A stretch of DNA of 64,000 nucleotides from Erythrobacter sp. (GCA_023653115.1 JAMNXO010000006.1:35869-99868), one strand, 5' to 3'. Shown: positions 21,022 through 32,445, numbered from the stretch's first letter. Notes: a model not told the origin generated them from the sequence alone. Made by a program: numbers and translations.

Positions 21022-21057
21022 GGGCGGCAGACTTCGGTCTTGCCGCCCTTTTCATTT
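21022..21057 (+). terminator. Intrinsic terminator after tRNA-Glu
   Basis: GGGCGGCAGAC-TTCG-GTCTTGCCGCCC followed by TTTTCATTT. Confidence 0.8.
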
Positions 21058-21115
21058 GCGACCGAGAGCCGTCCCCGCTTTCCAGCCTCGAAGCTTGGCT
21101 GTAAGGCCGTGCGCG

Positions 21116-22372
21116 ATGGGCATGGGGCAGAACTTTCCGGTCGCGGGCATCCTGCTGGCAGCGGTGACTTTCGTGGCGATGATGCTGCTTGGGGTCGATG
21201 CCGTTATCGCCCTGTCGGTGCTGCTGGTGTGGGTGGGCTCGCTGATGGTCGCAGCCGGACGCCCGCCAGAGCCGCCCAAGGCCATTGTGCGCCAGACGCT
21301 CAATCTCGATTCGGTCCGCGATCTGATCGAGAATTTCTCCACGCCGCTGATGATCACAGAGCGCAACACCATCGCGCTGGCCAACAATGCGGCGCGCACC
21401 ATGCTGGGCCAGCATGTCGTTGGCCAGGATGCGCGTGTGGCCCTGCGCCAGCCCGAGGCGATCTCGCTTCTTAACGATAACCGCAGCGGGGTTGCGATCG
21501 TGCGCGGGCTCGTGCGGCGGCAGGATATTTGGCAGATCAACCGCCAGGCGATCGATGATCGGCTCGCGATGCTCGAACTCACCAACCAGACGGCCGAGGC
21601 CGACATCAGCCGCGCGCACACCGATTTCGTCGCCAATGCCAGTCACGAATTGCGCACGCCGCTGGCCGCGATCCTGGGCTATGTCGAAACTCTGCGCGAG
21701 GACGAAGGCAGGGTCGACACGCCGACAGCGCAGAAATTCCTCGGCATCATCGAGCGCGAGGCGCACCGCTTGCAGGAGCTGGTGAGCGATCTGATGAGCC
21801 TGTCTCGGGTGGAAGCGGAAAAGCACGATCTGCCGACCGAACGCATCGACCTTGCCCAGCTGGTGGAACGCGCCGCCTGCGACGCTGCCGGTTCGGCACG
21901 GATGGAACGGCTCGATCTGAACGTCACCGCCGCCCCCTTTGTGCTGGGCGATTTGCACCAGCTTGAACAGGTGGTGCGCAATCTGGTCGATAATGCGCTG
22001 AAATATGGCGCGCATGATCGCCCGGTTCACGTCGCGCTCGATCTGGCGCCGGGAGACCAGGCGCGGATTGCCGTGACCGACGAGGGCGAGGGCATTGCGC
22101 CCGAGCAGATTCCGCACCTCACCCGCCGATTCTATCGCACCGATCCGGGCCGCAGCCGTGCATCGGGCGGAACGGGCCTCGGTCTTGCGATCGTGAAACA
22201 CATCGTCGAGCGTCATCGCGGCCGGCTCGACATTTCCAGCGAGGTCGGCAAAGGCACCCGTGTCGTGGTGCGCATCCCCTTGGCAGAACAGGAAAAAATG
22301 CCCGAACCAGAGGTGTCCGAACCCAATCATGGTGAACCGCAGGAGGCGGAAACCCGACAACCGTCACAATAA
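21116..22372 (+). CDS. phoR: Phosphate regulon sensor histidine kinase
   Basis: DFVANASHELRTPL, NLVDNALKY and GGTGLGLAIVKH. Directly upstream of pstC. Confidence 0.88.
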   Translation: MGMGQNFPVAGILLAAVTFVAMMLLGVDAVIALSVLLVWVGSLMVAAGRPPEPPKAIVRQTLNLDSVRDLIENFSTPLMITERNTIALANNAARTMLGQHVVGQDARVALRQPEAISLLNDNRSGVAIVRGLVRRQDIWQINRQAIDDRLAMLELTNQTAEADISRAHTDFVANASHELRTPLAAILGYVETLREDEGRVDTPTAQKFLGIIEREAHRLQELVSDLMSLSRVEAEKHDLPTERIDLAQLVERAACDAAGSARMERLDLNVTAAPFVLGDLHQLEQVVRNLVDNALKYGAHDRPVHVALDLAPGDQARIAVTDEGEGIAPEQIPHLTRRFYRTDPGRSRASGGTGLGLAIVKHIVERHRGRLDISSEVGKGTRVVVRIPLAEQEKMPEPEVSEPNHGEPQEAETRQPSQ

Positions 22373-22394
22373 CCGTCATACTAGTGTCTTATTT
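22373..22394 (+). promoter_or_regulatory. Putative Pho box upstream of pstC
   Basis: CCGTCAT-ACTA-GTGTCTT with 11-nt period, resembling CTGTCAT-N4-CTGTCAY. An extra CCGTCAC lies at 22361. Confidence 0.55.
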
Positions 22395-22493
22395 CTTCAA
22401 CATCCGCCCGCCATGGCATGACAACGGGGCCTTCTCGTCCATTCCAGCCTGCCGGTTCAGGCGCGCCTCCTTCGGGGAAAACAGGTTCATTCG

Positions 22494-23879
22494 ATGTCGC
22501 CGATCACGCTCATCCTGATTGCCATCGGGCTCGGCCTTGCCGGATGGCTTGCGGGCCGCGCCAAGGCGTGGAGCTTCCAGAGCAACGAGCCGGGTGTGCG
22601 TCCGGTCTCGCGCCCGATCTACCACGCATGGTATGTTGCGCTGTGGGTGGTGCTGCCGGTGCTCGGCTTTGTCATGCTGTGGTCGGCGATTGCGCCGCAG
22701 CTGGTAACGCAGACCGTGCTCGCCTCGCCCGCAGCTGCCGACTTGCCGACCTTCGGGTTCGAGCGCGACGCCTTCCTTGGCGAGGCGCGCGCCGTGGCGC
22801 AGGGCAATGCGCCGGGCGTATTCAATGATGAAGCCGAGCCGCTGATTGCCCCGTTCCGTGAGGCACTGTCGCAATACAACCTGATCGGCATCGTCGTGAC
22901 CGTGCTGATCGCGCTGGTGGGCGGAGGGCTCGCCTTCTTGCGCCTGCGACCCGATTTCCGCGCCCGCACGCGGGTGGAACGCAGCGTGATGGGCATCCTG
23001 CTGCTGGCCTCGCTGGTGGCCATCCTCACCACCTTCGGCATCTTTGCCAGCCTTGTGTTCGAAACGATCCGCTTCTTCGGGATGGTCTCGCCCATCGAAT
23101 TCCTGTTCGGCACCAAATGGGGGCCGGACACGATGGTGAGCCCCGATGCGATCGATCCGACCCGCTATGGCGCGGTGCCCTTGTTCTGGGGCACGATCTT
23201 CATCGGTGCGATCATCGCCATGATCGTGGCGATCCCGCTCGGGCTGATGAGCGCGATCTATCTTACCCAATATGCCGACCCGCGGGTGCGCACCTGGGTC
23301 AAGCCGCTGCTGGAGATCCTCGCGGGCGTGCCGACCGTGGTGTATGGCTATTTCGCCGCGCTCACCATTGCCCCGGCAATCCGCGACGCGGCGGTGGCGA
23401 TCGGCATCACCAGCGCCTCGACCGAAAGCGCGCTGGCAGCAGGCATTGTGATGGGGGTGATGATCATTCCCTTCGTCTCCTCGATGGCGGACGATTCGAT
23501 GGCGGCTGTGCCGGGAGCGATGCGCGACGGCAGCCTGGCGATGGGCGCGACCAAGTCGGAAACCATCCGCCGCGTGCTGTTCCCCGCCGCTCTGCCCGGC
23601 ATCGTTGCAGGCATCATGCTTGCGGTCAGCCGCGCGATTGGCGAAACCATGATCGTGGTGATGGCGGCTTCGCCTGCGGCCAATCTCACCGCCAACCCGC
23701 TTGAGCCGATGTCGACCGTGACGGTGCAGATCGTCAAGCTGCTGACCGGCGAACAGAGCACCGATCACCCCGCCACGCTCAGCGCCTTTGCGCTGGGCTT
23801 CGTGCTGTTTATGGTGACGCTGGCGCTCAACTTCATCGCCCTGCGCGTCGTCAAGCGCTTCCGGGAGGCCTATGAATGA
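22494..23879 (+). CDS. pstC: Phosphate ABC transporter permease PstC
   Basis: KPLLEILAGVPTVVYG, GSLAMGATKSET and SRAIGETMIV. Confidence 0.95.
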   Translation: MSPITLILIAIGLGLAGWLAGRAKAWSFQSNEPGVRPVSRPIYHAWYVALWVVLPVLGFVMLWSAIAPQLVTQTVLASPAAADLPTFGFERDAFLGEARAVAQGNAPGVFNDEAEPLIAPFREALSQYNLIGIVVTVLIALVGGGLAFLRLRPDFRARTRVERSVMGILLLASLVAILTTFGIFASLVFETIRFFGMVSPIEFLFGTKWGPDTMVSPDAIDPTRYGAVPLFWGTIFIGAIIAMIVAIPLGLMSAIYLTQYADPRVRTWVKPLLEILAGVPTVVYGYFAALTIAPAIRDAAVAIGITSASTESALAAGIVMGVMIIPFVSSMADDSMAAVPGAMRDGSLAMGATKSETIRRVLFPAALPGIVAGIMLAVSRAIGETMIVVMAASPAANLTANPLEPMSTVTVQIVKLLTGEQSTDHPATLSAFALGFVLFMVTLALNFIALRVVKRFREAYE

Positions 23880-25170
23880 GTAGCTCCGCCCTCCCCTATG
23901 ATGGCCAGACGCCCGCCGCGACTGGCGCTGATAGCCTCGGCCCGACCCGCACGCCTGCGTTCGAGAAGCGGCTTGCCCAGCGGTACCGGGCCGAGCGCAA
24001 TTTCCGCCTGCTCGGGCTGTCGGCCGTGGTATTCTCGGTTGCTGTGCTGGTGTTCCTGCTCGGCAATATGCTGGTCAACGGCATTGCCGGGTTCCAACGC
24101 GCCGAACTGACCGTGACCATCGATTTTCCCGAAAGCGGGGTGACCGGCGATGCCGTCTCGCTCACCGCGCCCAGCGCGAGCCAGACGCTCGAGATGCAGG
24201 GCCTGCCCGATGTCGTGACCTTCTATGCCGAGCAACAACTCGGCAGCGCGGCGGCCGCGCAGCTTTCGCCCGATGCGTGGCGCGATGTGGCGACCGCCTT
24301 GGCCGATGATCCCTCGCTCATCACCCGCAAGCAGACCTTCGCGCTGCCCGCCTCCTCGGCACTCGCAAGCGGCCTTGAAGGCGAAGGCGCGCCCGAGATG
24401 CAGGCGCTGGCGGCCCAGCTGGCCAGGGACGACAAGCTCGAGAAAACATGGGACTGGGGCTTCCTCGCCCGCTCGGACGCCACCAGCCCGCAGGCGGTGG
24501 GCATCTGGGGCGCGCTCAAGGGCTCGATCCTGACAATGCTGGTGACACTGGCGCTGGCCTTCCCGATCGGGGTGCTCTCGGCGCTCTATCTCGAGGAATA
24601 TGCGACCCGCAATCGCTGGACCGACCTCATCGAAGTGTCGATCAACAATCTGGCGGCCGTTCCTTCGATCATCTTCGGCCTGCTGGGGCTTTCGATTTTC
24701 CTGACGCTGTTTCCCAACCTTCGCTCCGCCCCGCTGATCGGGGGCATGACACTGGCGCTGATGACGATGCCGGTGATCGTCATTTCCGGGCGCAACGCGA
24801 TCAAGGCTGTGCCGCCCTCGATCCGCGACGGCGCGCTCGCCATCGGCGCCTCGCCGGTGCAGGTGGTGTTCCACCATGTCCTCCCGCTCGCCCTGCCCGG
24901 GATGCTGACGGGGACCATCATAGGCATGGCCCGCGCGCTGGGCGAAACTGCGCCGCTGCTGCTGATCGGGATGCGCGCCTTTGTCGCCACTCCGCCTGAC
25001 GGTTTCACATCGCCCGCCACGGTTCTGCCGATGCAGATCTTCCTGTGGTCGGACGAAATCGATCGCGGCTTTGTCGAGCGCACCAGCGCAGCTATCATTG
25101 TGCTGTTGGTGTTCCTGCTCGCCATGAACGGCCTTGCCATCTACCTCCGCAACAAGTTCGAGAAACGCTG

Positions 25171-25174
<4 letters not shown>
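23876..25174 (+). CDS. pstA: Phosphate ABC transporter permease PstA
   Basis: [16 protein letters not shown] and [14 protein letters not shown] overlap with pstC. Confidence 0.95.
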
Positions 25175-25958
<784 letters not shown>

Positions 25959-25959
<1 letters not shown>

Positions 25960-26627
25960 TGGCCGAGCACACCGTCAAGGCATTCGACGAAGACATCACC
26001 CGCCTGCGCGGGCTGATCGCGGAGATGGGCGGCCTTGCGGAAGTCGCCATCCAGGAATCGCTCGATGCGCTGGTGCGCGGTGACGAGGTGCTGGCCGAAA
26101 GCGTGATCGCCCGCGACAAGCGGATCGACGCGCTCGAAATCGAGGTCGACAAGCTGGCGGTGCGGATCATCGCTCTGCGCGCGCCGATGGCCGATGATCT
26201 GCGCGAAGTGATCGCCGCGCTCAAGATCGGCGGCGTGCTCGAACGGATTGGGGATTATTCCAAGAACATCGCCAAGCGAACCGGCATGATCGAAGGCCGC
26301 GCGCGGTTCGAACCGCTCACTCTGCTCCCGGCTATGGGCGAGCTGGCGGGCGAGATGGTGCATGATGTGCTCACCGCCTATGCCGCGCGCGATCCCGATC
26401 TGGCGCGCGAGGTGATCGCCACCGACGCCAAGGTCGATGGCTTCTACAACAGCATTTTCCGCAATCTTGTGAGCTACATGGTCGAAAATCCTTCGACCAT
26501 TTCGAGCGCCGCACAGCTGCTGTTTGTGGCCCGCAATATCGAGCGGATCGGCGATCACGCCACCAACGTCGCCGAAATGGTCCACTTTGCCGCGACCGGC
26601 TCCTACCCGCCCGAGGGTGATCGGTAG
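25959..26627 (+). CDS. phoU: Phosphate signalling complex protein PhoU
   Basis: EHTVKAFD, PMADDLR and ERIGDHATNVAE. Confidence 0.95.
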
Positions 26628-26686
26628 TTTGCCGCAAGGCTGACCGGCGGCTGTCGCCCAAGAATGTGGAAAACTTGTCGGGGACG

Positions 26687-26715
26687 GTTTCATCAAACTG
26701 TCGCTCAAGTGACAC
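26687..26715 (+). promoter_or_regulatory. Putative Pho box array upstream of phoB
   Basis: GTTTCAT-CAAA-CTGTCGC-TCAA-GTGACAC: three half-sites at an exact 11-nt period. Confidence 0.55.
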
Positions 26716-26766
26716 ATAGCGCGGGGCAACGCCTTCCAGGGGGATGGCGCATGGAGGCATCACTGC

Positions 26767-27456
26767 ATGTCCGCTGCCAAGCTTTTGCTCGTCGAAGATG
26801 ATCCGGCCCTGTCGGAGCTGCTCGAATACCGTTTCCAGAACGAAGGCTACAACGTGCGTTGCACCGGAGACGGTGACGAGGCGCTGGTGCTGGCCGCAGA
26901 AGACGTGCCCGATCTCATCATCCTCGACTGGATGATCGAGGGCACCAGCGGGATCGAGGTCTGCCGCCGGCTGCGCCGCGACAAGGAAACCGCCCACGTT
27001 CCGATCATCATGCTGACCGCGCGCGAGGCCGAGGATGACCGCGTGCGCGGGCTCGAGACCGGGGCCGACGACTACCTCACCAAGCCCTTCTCCCCGCGCG
27101 AGCTGCTCGCCCGGGTGGCGGCAGTGATGCGCCGCATCCGTCCGGCGCTGGCAGGTGAGACCATCGAGGTCGGCGATCTCAAGCTCGATCCGGTGGCGCA
27201 CAAGGTCCAGCGGCGCGGGCGTGCGCTGCAACTGGGGCCGACCGAGTATCGCCTGCTCAAGTTCTTCATGGAGAGCCCGGGCCGGGTGTTCAGCCGCGGC
27301 CAGCTGCTTGACGGCGTGTGGGGCACGGGCTCGGACATCGAACTGCGCACGGTCGACGTCCACATCCGCCGCTTGCGCAAGGCGATCGGGATCGAGGGCG
27401 GGAAAGACCCGATCCGCACCGTGCGCTCGGCCGGATACGCGCTCGAACCGAGCTGA
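26767..27456 (+). CDS. phoB: Phosphate regulon response regulator
   Basis: LLVEDD, LDWM, GADDYLTKPFS and RTVDVHIRRLRK. Confidence 0.96.
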   Translation: MSAAKLLLVEDDPALSELLEYRFQNEGYNVRCTGDGDEALVLAAEDVPDLIILDWMIEGTSGIEVCRRLRRDKETAHVPIIMLTAREAEDDRVRGLETGADDYLTKPFSPRELLARVAAVMRRIRPALAGETIEVGDLKLDPVAHKVQRRGRALQLGPTEYRLLKFFMESPGRVFSRGQLLDGVWGTGSDIELRTVDVHIRRLRKAIGIEGGKDPIRTVRSAGYALEPS

Positions 27457-27472
27457 GATTCGCCCCGCAGGC

Positions 27473-30400
27473 CTAATGAAAATCGCGTGATTTCGGAATG
27501 ATCCGGGCATCGCGCGGGTGGCCACCCTGCCCGCTTTGGAGCCCGCGCTCTGGCATCGGGCGATTGACCTCGTCAGCGCGGGCAAGCGGGCTGTCGAGCA
27601 GATCGTCCGACAGCGCGTGCAGCGCCGGGGTCGCGTCGGTGAGGTTTTGTGCGATCACGTGGATCACCTCGTCATCATACTCCACGCGCCCCCGCACCTC
27701 CATCAGCCGCGCGCCCATCACCACCTTGCGCTGCTTCTCCTTGAGGTCGGGCCAGACCACGAGGTTGACCACCCCGGTCTCGTCTTCCAGCGTGATGAAG
27801 GTGACGCCCTTGGCGCTGCCCGGCCGCTGGCGGATCAGCACCACGCCGGCAACCTGCACCATGGAGCGGAACTTGCGGCTGCGCAGATCGGCAGCGCGCA
27901 CAAAGCCGCGCTCGGCCAGGCCCGCGCGCAAAAAGGCCAGCGGGTGGGCTTTGAGGCTCAGGCGGGTGGTCTGGTAATCGGCCACCACTTCCTCTGACAG
28001 CGGCATGGCCGGCAAGCGGATCGCGGCGCGCTCTGCCCCCTCCTCACGCATCGCCGCAGCGCGGAACAACGGCAGATCGGGCGCGGCGACCAGACTGCGC
28101 GCATCCCACAAGGCCTGCCGCCGCGTGATCCCCAGCGAGCCGAAGGCATCGGCGCTGGCAAGCCGCTCGATATGCGCAGGCGAGAGTCCCGCCCGCGTCC
28201 GTAGGTCGGCGACATCGCGGTAAGCCCCCCCGCCCTCGCGCGCAGCCACCAAGGCGGCGGCGACATGCTCGGGCAAGCCGTCGATCTGGCGCAGGCCAAG
28301 CCGCAGGGCGTGATCCTCCCCGGCCCCTTCCAGCGTGCAGTCCCAGAGACTCGCGTTCACATCCACCGGCAGCACCCGCACCCCGTGCTCGGCCGCATCA
28401 CGCACGATCTGCGCGGGCGCATAGAAGCCCATCGGCTGCGAATTGAGCAGCGCCGCAGCGAAGGCCGCCGGGTAATGGCATTTTAGCCAGCTCGACACAT
28501 AGACCAGCTGCGCAAAGCTCGCCGCGTGGCTTTCGGGAAAGCCATATTCGCCAAAGCCCCGGATCTGGTTGAAGCACCGCTGCGCAAAGTCACGGTCGTA
28601 TCCGCGCGCGACCATGCGTTCGACCATCATGTCCTGCAGCTCGTCCACCATCCCGCGGCTGCGGAAGGTCGCCATCGCTTTGCGCAACCGGTTGGCCTCG
28701 AGACTGGAAAACTTCGCGGCATCCAGCGCGATCTTCATCGCCTGTTCCTGAAAGATCGGCACGCCCAGCGTGCGCCCGAGGATGCTGGTGAGCTCGTCCG
28801 GCGGGCCGTGTTCGGGCGCGGGCGCAGGGATCTGCACGCGCTCGGCCCCGCGGCGGCGCTTAAGATAGGGATGCACCATATCGCCCTGAATCGGCCCCGG
28901 GCGAACAATCGCGACCTGGATGACGAGATCATAGAACTCGCGCGGGCGCAGGCGCGGCAGCATGTTCATCTGCGCCCGGCTTTCGACCTGAAACACGCCG
29001 AGCGAATCGCCCTTGCGCAGCATTGCATAGGTTTCCGGGTCTTCGCGCGGCACCGTGGCGAGGGTGAGCGCGCGGCCGTGATGCGCCTCCAGCAGATCGA
29101 GGCATTTGCGGATGCAGGTCAGCATCCCGAGGGCGAGCACATCAACCTTGAGGATACCCAGCGCCTCGATATCGTCCTTGTCCCACTCGATGAAAGACCG
29201 CTCGGGCATGGCGCCATTGCCGATCGGGACGGTTTCGATCAGCGGACTTTCGGTGAGGATGAAGCCGCCGACATGCTGGCCCAAATGGCGCGGCATTCCA
29301 ATCATCTGCTCGGTGAGTTTGAGCACGCGCCGCAAGTGCGGATCGGTGATGTCGAGGCCGGTTTCAGCCGCGTGTTTCTCGCTGATCTCGCGCCCCCACC
29401 CGCCCCAGACAGTGCGCGCGAGCGCGGATGTGACGTCCTCGGACAGCCCCATCACCTTGCCCACCTCGCGGATCGCCATGCGCGGGCGGTAGTGGATCAC
29501 CGTCGCGCACAGCCCTGCGCGGTGGCGGCCATATCTGGCGTAGATATACTGGATCACCTCCTCGCGCCGCTCATGCTCGAAATCGACATCGATATCGGGC
29601 GGCTCCTTGCGCTCTTCGGAGATGAAGCGATCGAACAGGAGCTGATGCTTGGCCGGATCGACGCTGGTGATGCCGAGGACGTAACACACGGCGGAGTTCG
29701 CCGCGCTCCCCCGCCCCTGACACAGAATCGGCGGATCGCACCCGCGCGCGAAATCGACGATGTCCTTGATGGTGAGGAAATAGCGCGCCAGATCGAGCTT
29801 GGCGATCAGCGCCAGCTCGCGCTCCAGCGTGGCGCGCACGCTCTCGGGCACGCCCGCAGGATAGCGCCGCGCAGCCCCGGCGCGCACTTCGCTTTCGAGG
29901 AAGGCCTGCGGGGTCTGTCCGTCGGGGTAGATTTCTTCCGGGTATTCGTAGCGCAATTCATCAAGGCTGAAGCAGCACCGGTCCGCCACGTCGCGCGCCG
30001 CCGCGACTGCGTGGGGCCAGCGGGCGAACAGGCGCTGCATCGCTTCCGGCGACTTCAGATGCCGCTCGGCATTGGGATGGAGCAGGTGGCCGGCCGCCGC
30101 CACTGTGGTCTTGTGCCGGATCGCGGTCATCACGTCCTGCAGCGCGCGGCGCTCGGGCGCGTGGTAGTGGACATCGTTGGTGGCGAGCAGGCCAAGGCCA
30201 TGCGCGCGGGCGAGCGCATCAAGGCGTTCGATCCGGGCAATATCGTCCCCGCGATAGAGGTAGGCGGCGGCGATGTGCCCAAGGCTCTGTAGCTGGCGGG
30301 TGAGGTGGGGCAGGAGATCGGGGAACGGGGCGGTGAGTCGATCCCAACTCACCCCGTCACCCTGAACTTGTTTCAGGGTCCATTCCTCTCCCTGCGCCGC

Positions 30401-30991
30401 CGGTTCGTGAGGAGGGATGGATGCTGAAACAAGTTCAGCATGACGCGTTTGGGGCGTGTCTCTTCGCCGGAAGGGGATAACATTGCTCTCCACCTGAATC
30501 GTGAACCGCGCCGTCAAATCATCCGGCGGCAGCAGGATCAGCTGCACGCCTTCCGCGTGGCCTGCCAGCATTGCCAGCGTGATCTGGCACACACCCTTGT
30601 CCTGCCATTCGCCCTCGGGGGTCTGCATCCGCCCCGCGCTGATCAGGCGGGTGAGCCTGCCATAGGCGGCGCGGTCCTCGGGGTAGGCGAGGAAGGCGAG
30701 GCCTTCGACTGTCTCGATCCGGCAGCCGATCACGGGGCGCAGCTTCAGCGTCTTGGCCTCGGTGTGGAAACGCACCACCCCGGCCATCGAATTGACATCG
30801 GCAATCCCCACCGCGTCATAGCCATGCGCGTGCGCCGCCAGCACCAGATCGACCGCGTCCGACGCGCCGCGCAGGAAGCTGAAGCAGCTCGCCAGCCCCA
30901 GTTCCACGAACACCGCGCGCGGTGGGGCGGCGATGCCCGAAGGATCAATGTCGAGCGTGCGCTTGTCAGGGGTGAGCGGGGCGTCGGGCAT
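27473..30991 (-). CDS. dnaE2: Error-prone DNA polymerase DnaE2 (ImuC), carrying an in-frame REP-derived insertion
   Basis: SCFSFLRGAS, GRGSAANS, PPDIDVDF, GFPESHAASF and C-terminal SRDFH. Confidence 0.96.
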   Translation of the reverse strand: MPDAPLTPDKRTLDIDPSGIAAPPRAVFVELGLASCFSFLRGASDAVDLVLAAHAHGYDAVGIADVNSMAGVVRFHTEAKTLKLRPVIGCRIETVEGLAFLAYPEDRAAYGRLTRLISAGRMQTPEGEWQDKGVCQITLAMLAGHAEGVQLILLPPDDLTARFTIQVESNVIPFRRRDTPQTRHAELVSASIPPHEPAAQGEEWTLKQVQGDGVSWDRLTAPFPDLLPHLTRQLQSLGHIAAAYLYRGDDIARIERLDALARAHGLGLLATNDVHYHAPERRALQDVMTAIRHKTTVAAAGHLLHPNAERHLKSPEAMQRLFARWPHAVAAARDVADRCCFSLDELRYEYPEEIYPDGQTPQAFLESEVRAGAARRYPAGVPESVRATLERELALIAKLDLARYFLTIKDIVDFARGCDPPILCQGRGSAANSAVCYVLGITSVDPAKHQLLFDRFISEERKEPPDIDVDFEHERREEVIQYIYARYGRHRAGLCATVIHYRPRMAIREVGKVMGLSEDVTSALARTVWGGWGREISEKHAAETGLDITDPHLRRVLKLTEQMIGMPRHLGQHVGGFILTESPLIETVPIGNGAMPERSFIEWDKDDIEALGILKVDVLALGMLTCIRKCLDLLEAHHGRALTLATVPREDPETYAMLRKGDSLGVFQVESRAQMNMLPRLRPREFYDLVIQVAIVRPGPIQGDMVHPYLKRRRGAERVQIPAPAPEHGPPDELTSILGRTLGVPIFQEQAMKIALDAAKFSSLEANRLRKAMATFRSRGMVDELQDMMVERMVARGYDRDFAQRCFNQIRGFGEYGFPESHAASFAQLVYVSSWLKCHYPAAFAAALLNSQPMGFYAPAQIVRDAAEHGVRVLPVDVNASLWDCTLEGAGEDHALRLGLRQIDGLPEHVAAALVAAREGGGAYRDVADLRTRAGLSPAHIERLASADAFGSLGITRRQALWDARSLVAAPDLPLFRAAAMREEGAERAAIRLPAMPLSEEVVADYQTTRLSLKAHPLAFLRAGLAERGFVRAADLRSRKFRSMVQVAGVVLIRQRPGSAKGVTFITLEDETGVVNLVVWPDLKEKQRKVVMGARLMEVRGRVEYDDEVIHVIAQNLTDATPALHALSDDLLDSPLARADEVNRPMPERGLQSGQGGHPRDARIIPKSRDFH
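30355..30445. repeat. CGTC-tagged REP-like inverted doublet (91 bp) inserted in frame in dnaE2
   Basis: Both 28-nt arms match 8460-8547 except for one base. Encodes [10 protein letters not shown]...WTLKQVQGDG. Confidence 0.92.
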
Positions 30992-32445
30992 CAGTCCGCC
31001 GCCTGCCGCTCCCGCACCAGCGCCAGATCGGCGGCAAAGCGCGCTGTCTGTTCATCGCGCGCCGCACCATCGAGCCTGAGCAGGTAGGAGGGGTGCACTG
31101 TCACCCACAGCTCCGCGCCATCATCGAGCGGGATCGGCCGCCCGCGCACCTGATTGACGCTGACCGTGCGACCCAGAATCCCGCGCGCCGCGCTCGCCCC
31201 CAGCGCCAGCACGATGCGCGGGCGCACCGCTGCACGCTCGGCCTCGAGCCACCAGCGGCAGGTATCGATCTCCTTGGCCGTGGGGGACTGGTGCAGCCGC
31301 AGCTTGCCCTTCCATGTGAACTTGAAGTGCTTGACCGCGTTGGTGACGTAAGCGGCGCTGCGGAGAATACCGGCGCGGGCGAGATGGTCATCCAGCACCT
31401 GTCCTGCAGGGCCGACGAAGGGCCGACCCGCGAGGTCTTCCTGATCGCCCGGCTGCTCGCCAACGATCATCAGAGCCGCCCGCTCCGGCCCTTCCCCCGC
31501 CACCGCACGGGTGCCGCAGTCGGCAATCAGGCAATCGCGGCAGGCAGCAATGCCTTGCGTCACCTCGGCGAGGCTCGCTGGCCGCACCCGCTCTTCCCGC
31601 GCGCCAGCCTTCACCATCGCTGCCTCGCGCGCCTGCGCGCCGGCGATCAGTTGCGGGATGAGCGCAGCTTCGGGCAGGTTCTTCCAGTATTTCTTCGGCA
31701 TCTCCGACAGCATGGCCGAGACTTTCAGCCGCGCCGGATTGAAGATCGAGGCGTAGTAGGAGCGCCACAGATCCTCGACAGGATCGCCGCCCGGCGCGTC
31801 CTCGATCCGCGCAGGCGGGCCTTCGCGCATGGTTTCGCCGTCCCAGTGGACCGAGCCGCGCGGGGTCAGGATCGACCAGCGCATATTGGCAAAGCGGCGC
31901 ATGAAAAACGCCGCCTCGGCCCGCACGATGTGGTGATCGGGTTCGAACCAGGCGACGAAATGCGGGGTGCCGTCCTCCTCGGTAACCTCGCGAAAGCGCA
32001 CGAAGGCGTGCATCTTGTGCGCATCGCGGCGCACCGATTTGGCGAGCTCCTCGATCCGGCGGACTTGCGCGTCGGCCTTGTCCTCCATCAGCCGGGGGTT
32101 GCTTTGGAGCCGCCACAGCGTCTGATACAACAGTCTGAACCGCGCCGGATCAGAGTGCAGCGCGGCACGGCGGGCAAGCGTGAGGAAATGCTGGCTCGCG
32201 CGCACCGGCGGAGCATCGGCGGGCGGCACTGGCAGGCGTTTGTCGCTGCGAGCCAAGGAAGTTTCACGCCCTTCGGACGCGAACAGATCGCCAATTCCGC
32301 CGGGCTCGATCCAGCTCACCCGGTCCGGCGGAATATCGCACTGCACGAGCCCCCGCGCCCGCTCGCGCCAGAAGGCGAAATCATCGGGCGCGGGCAGGTG
32401 GATGGCATAATGCGCACCAATCGCGGCATAGGGCATGACGCGCAT
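30991..32445 (-). CDS. Fusion of DUF4130/TIGR03915-type domain and UdgX-family uracil-DNA binding protein
   Basis: N-terminal RRDAHKMHAFVRF, WFEPDH and MPKKYWKNLPE. C-terminal CRDC, VGEQPGDQEDLAGRPFVGPAG, NAVKHFK, KLRLH and TVHPS. Confidence 0.9.
   Translation of the reverse strand: MRVMPYAAIGAHYAIHLPAPDDFAFWRERARGLVQCDIPPDRVSWIEPGGIGDLFASEGRETSLARSDKRLPVPPADAPPVRASQHFLTLARRAALHSDPARFRLLYQTLWRLQSNPRLMEDKADAQVRRIEELAKSVRRDAHKMHAFVRFREVTEEDGTPHFVAWFEPDHHIVRAEAAFFMRRFANMRWSILTPRGSVHWDGETMREGPPARIEDAPGGDPVEDLWRSYYASIFNPARLKVSAMLSEMPKKYWKNLPEAALIPQLIAGAQAREAAMVKAGAREERVRPASLAEVTQGIAACRDCLIADCGTRAVAGEGPERAALMIVGEQPGDQEDLAGRPFVGPAGQVLDDHLARAGILRSAAYVTNAVKHFKFTWKGKLRLHQSPTAKEIDTCRWWLEAERAAVRPRIVLALGASAARGILGRTVSVNQVRGRPIPLDDGAELWVTVHPSYLLRLDGAARDEQTARFAADLALVRERQAAD

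Noticed and set aside
20924-21115. Possible genomic island at tRNA-Glu
   Set aside because: The tRNA is followed directly by a terminator and phoR, with no integrase or duplicated tRNA end.
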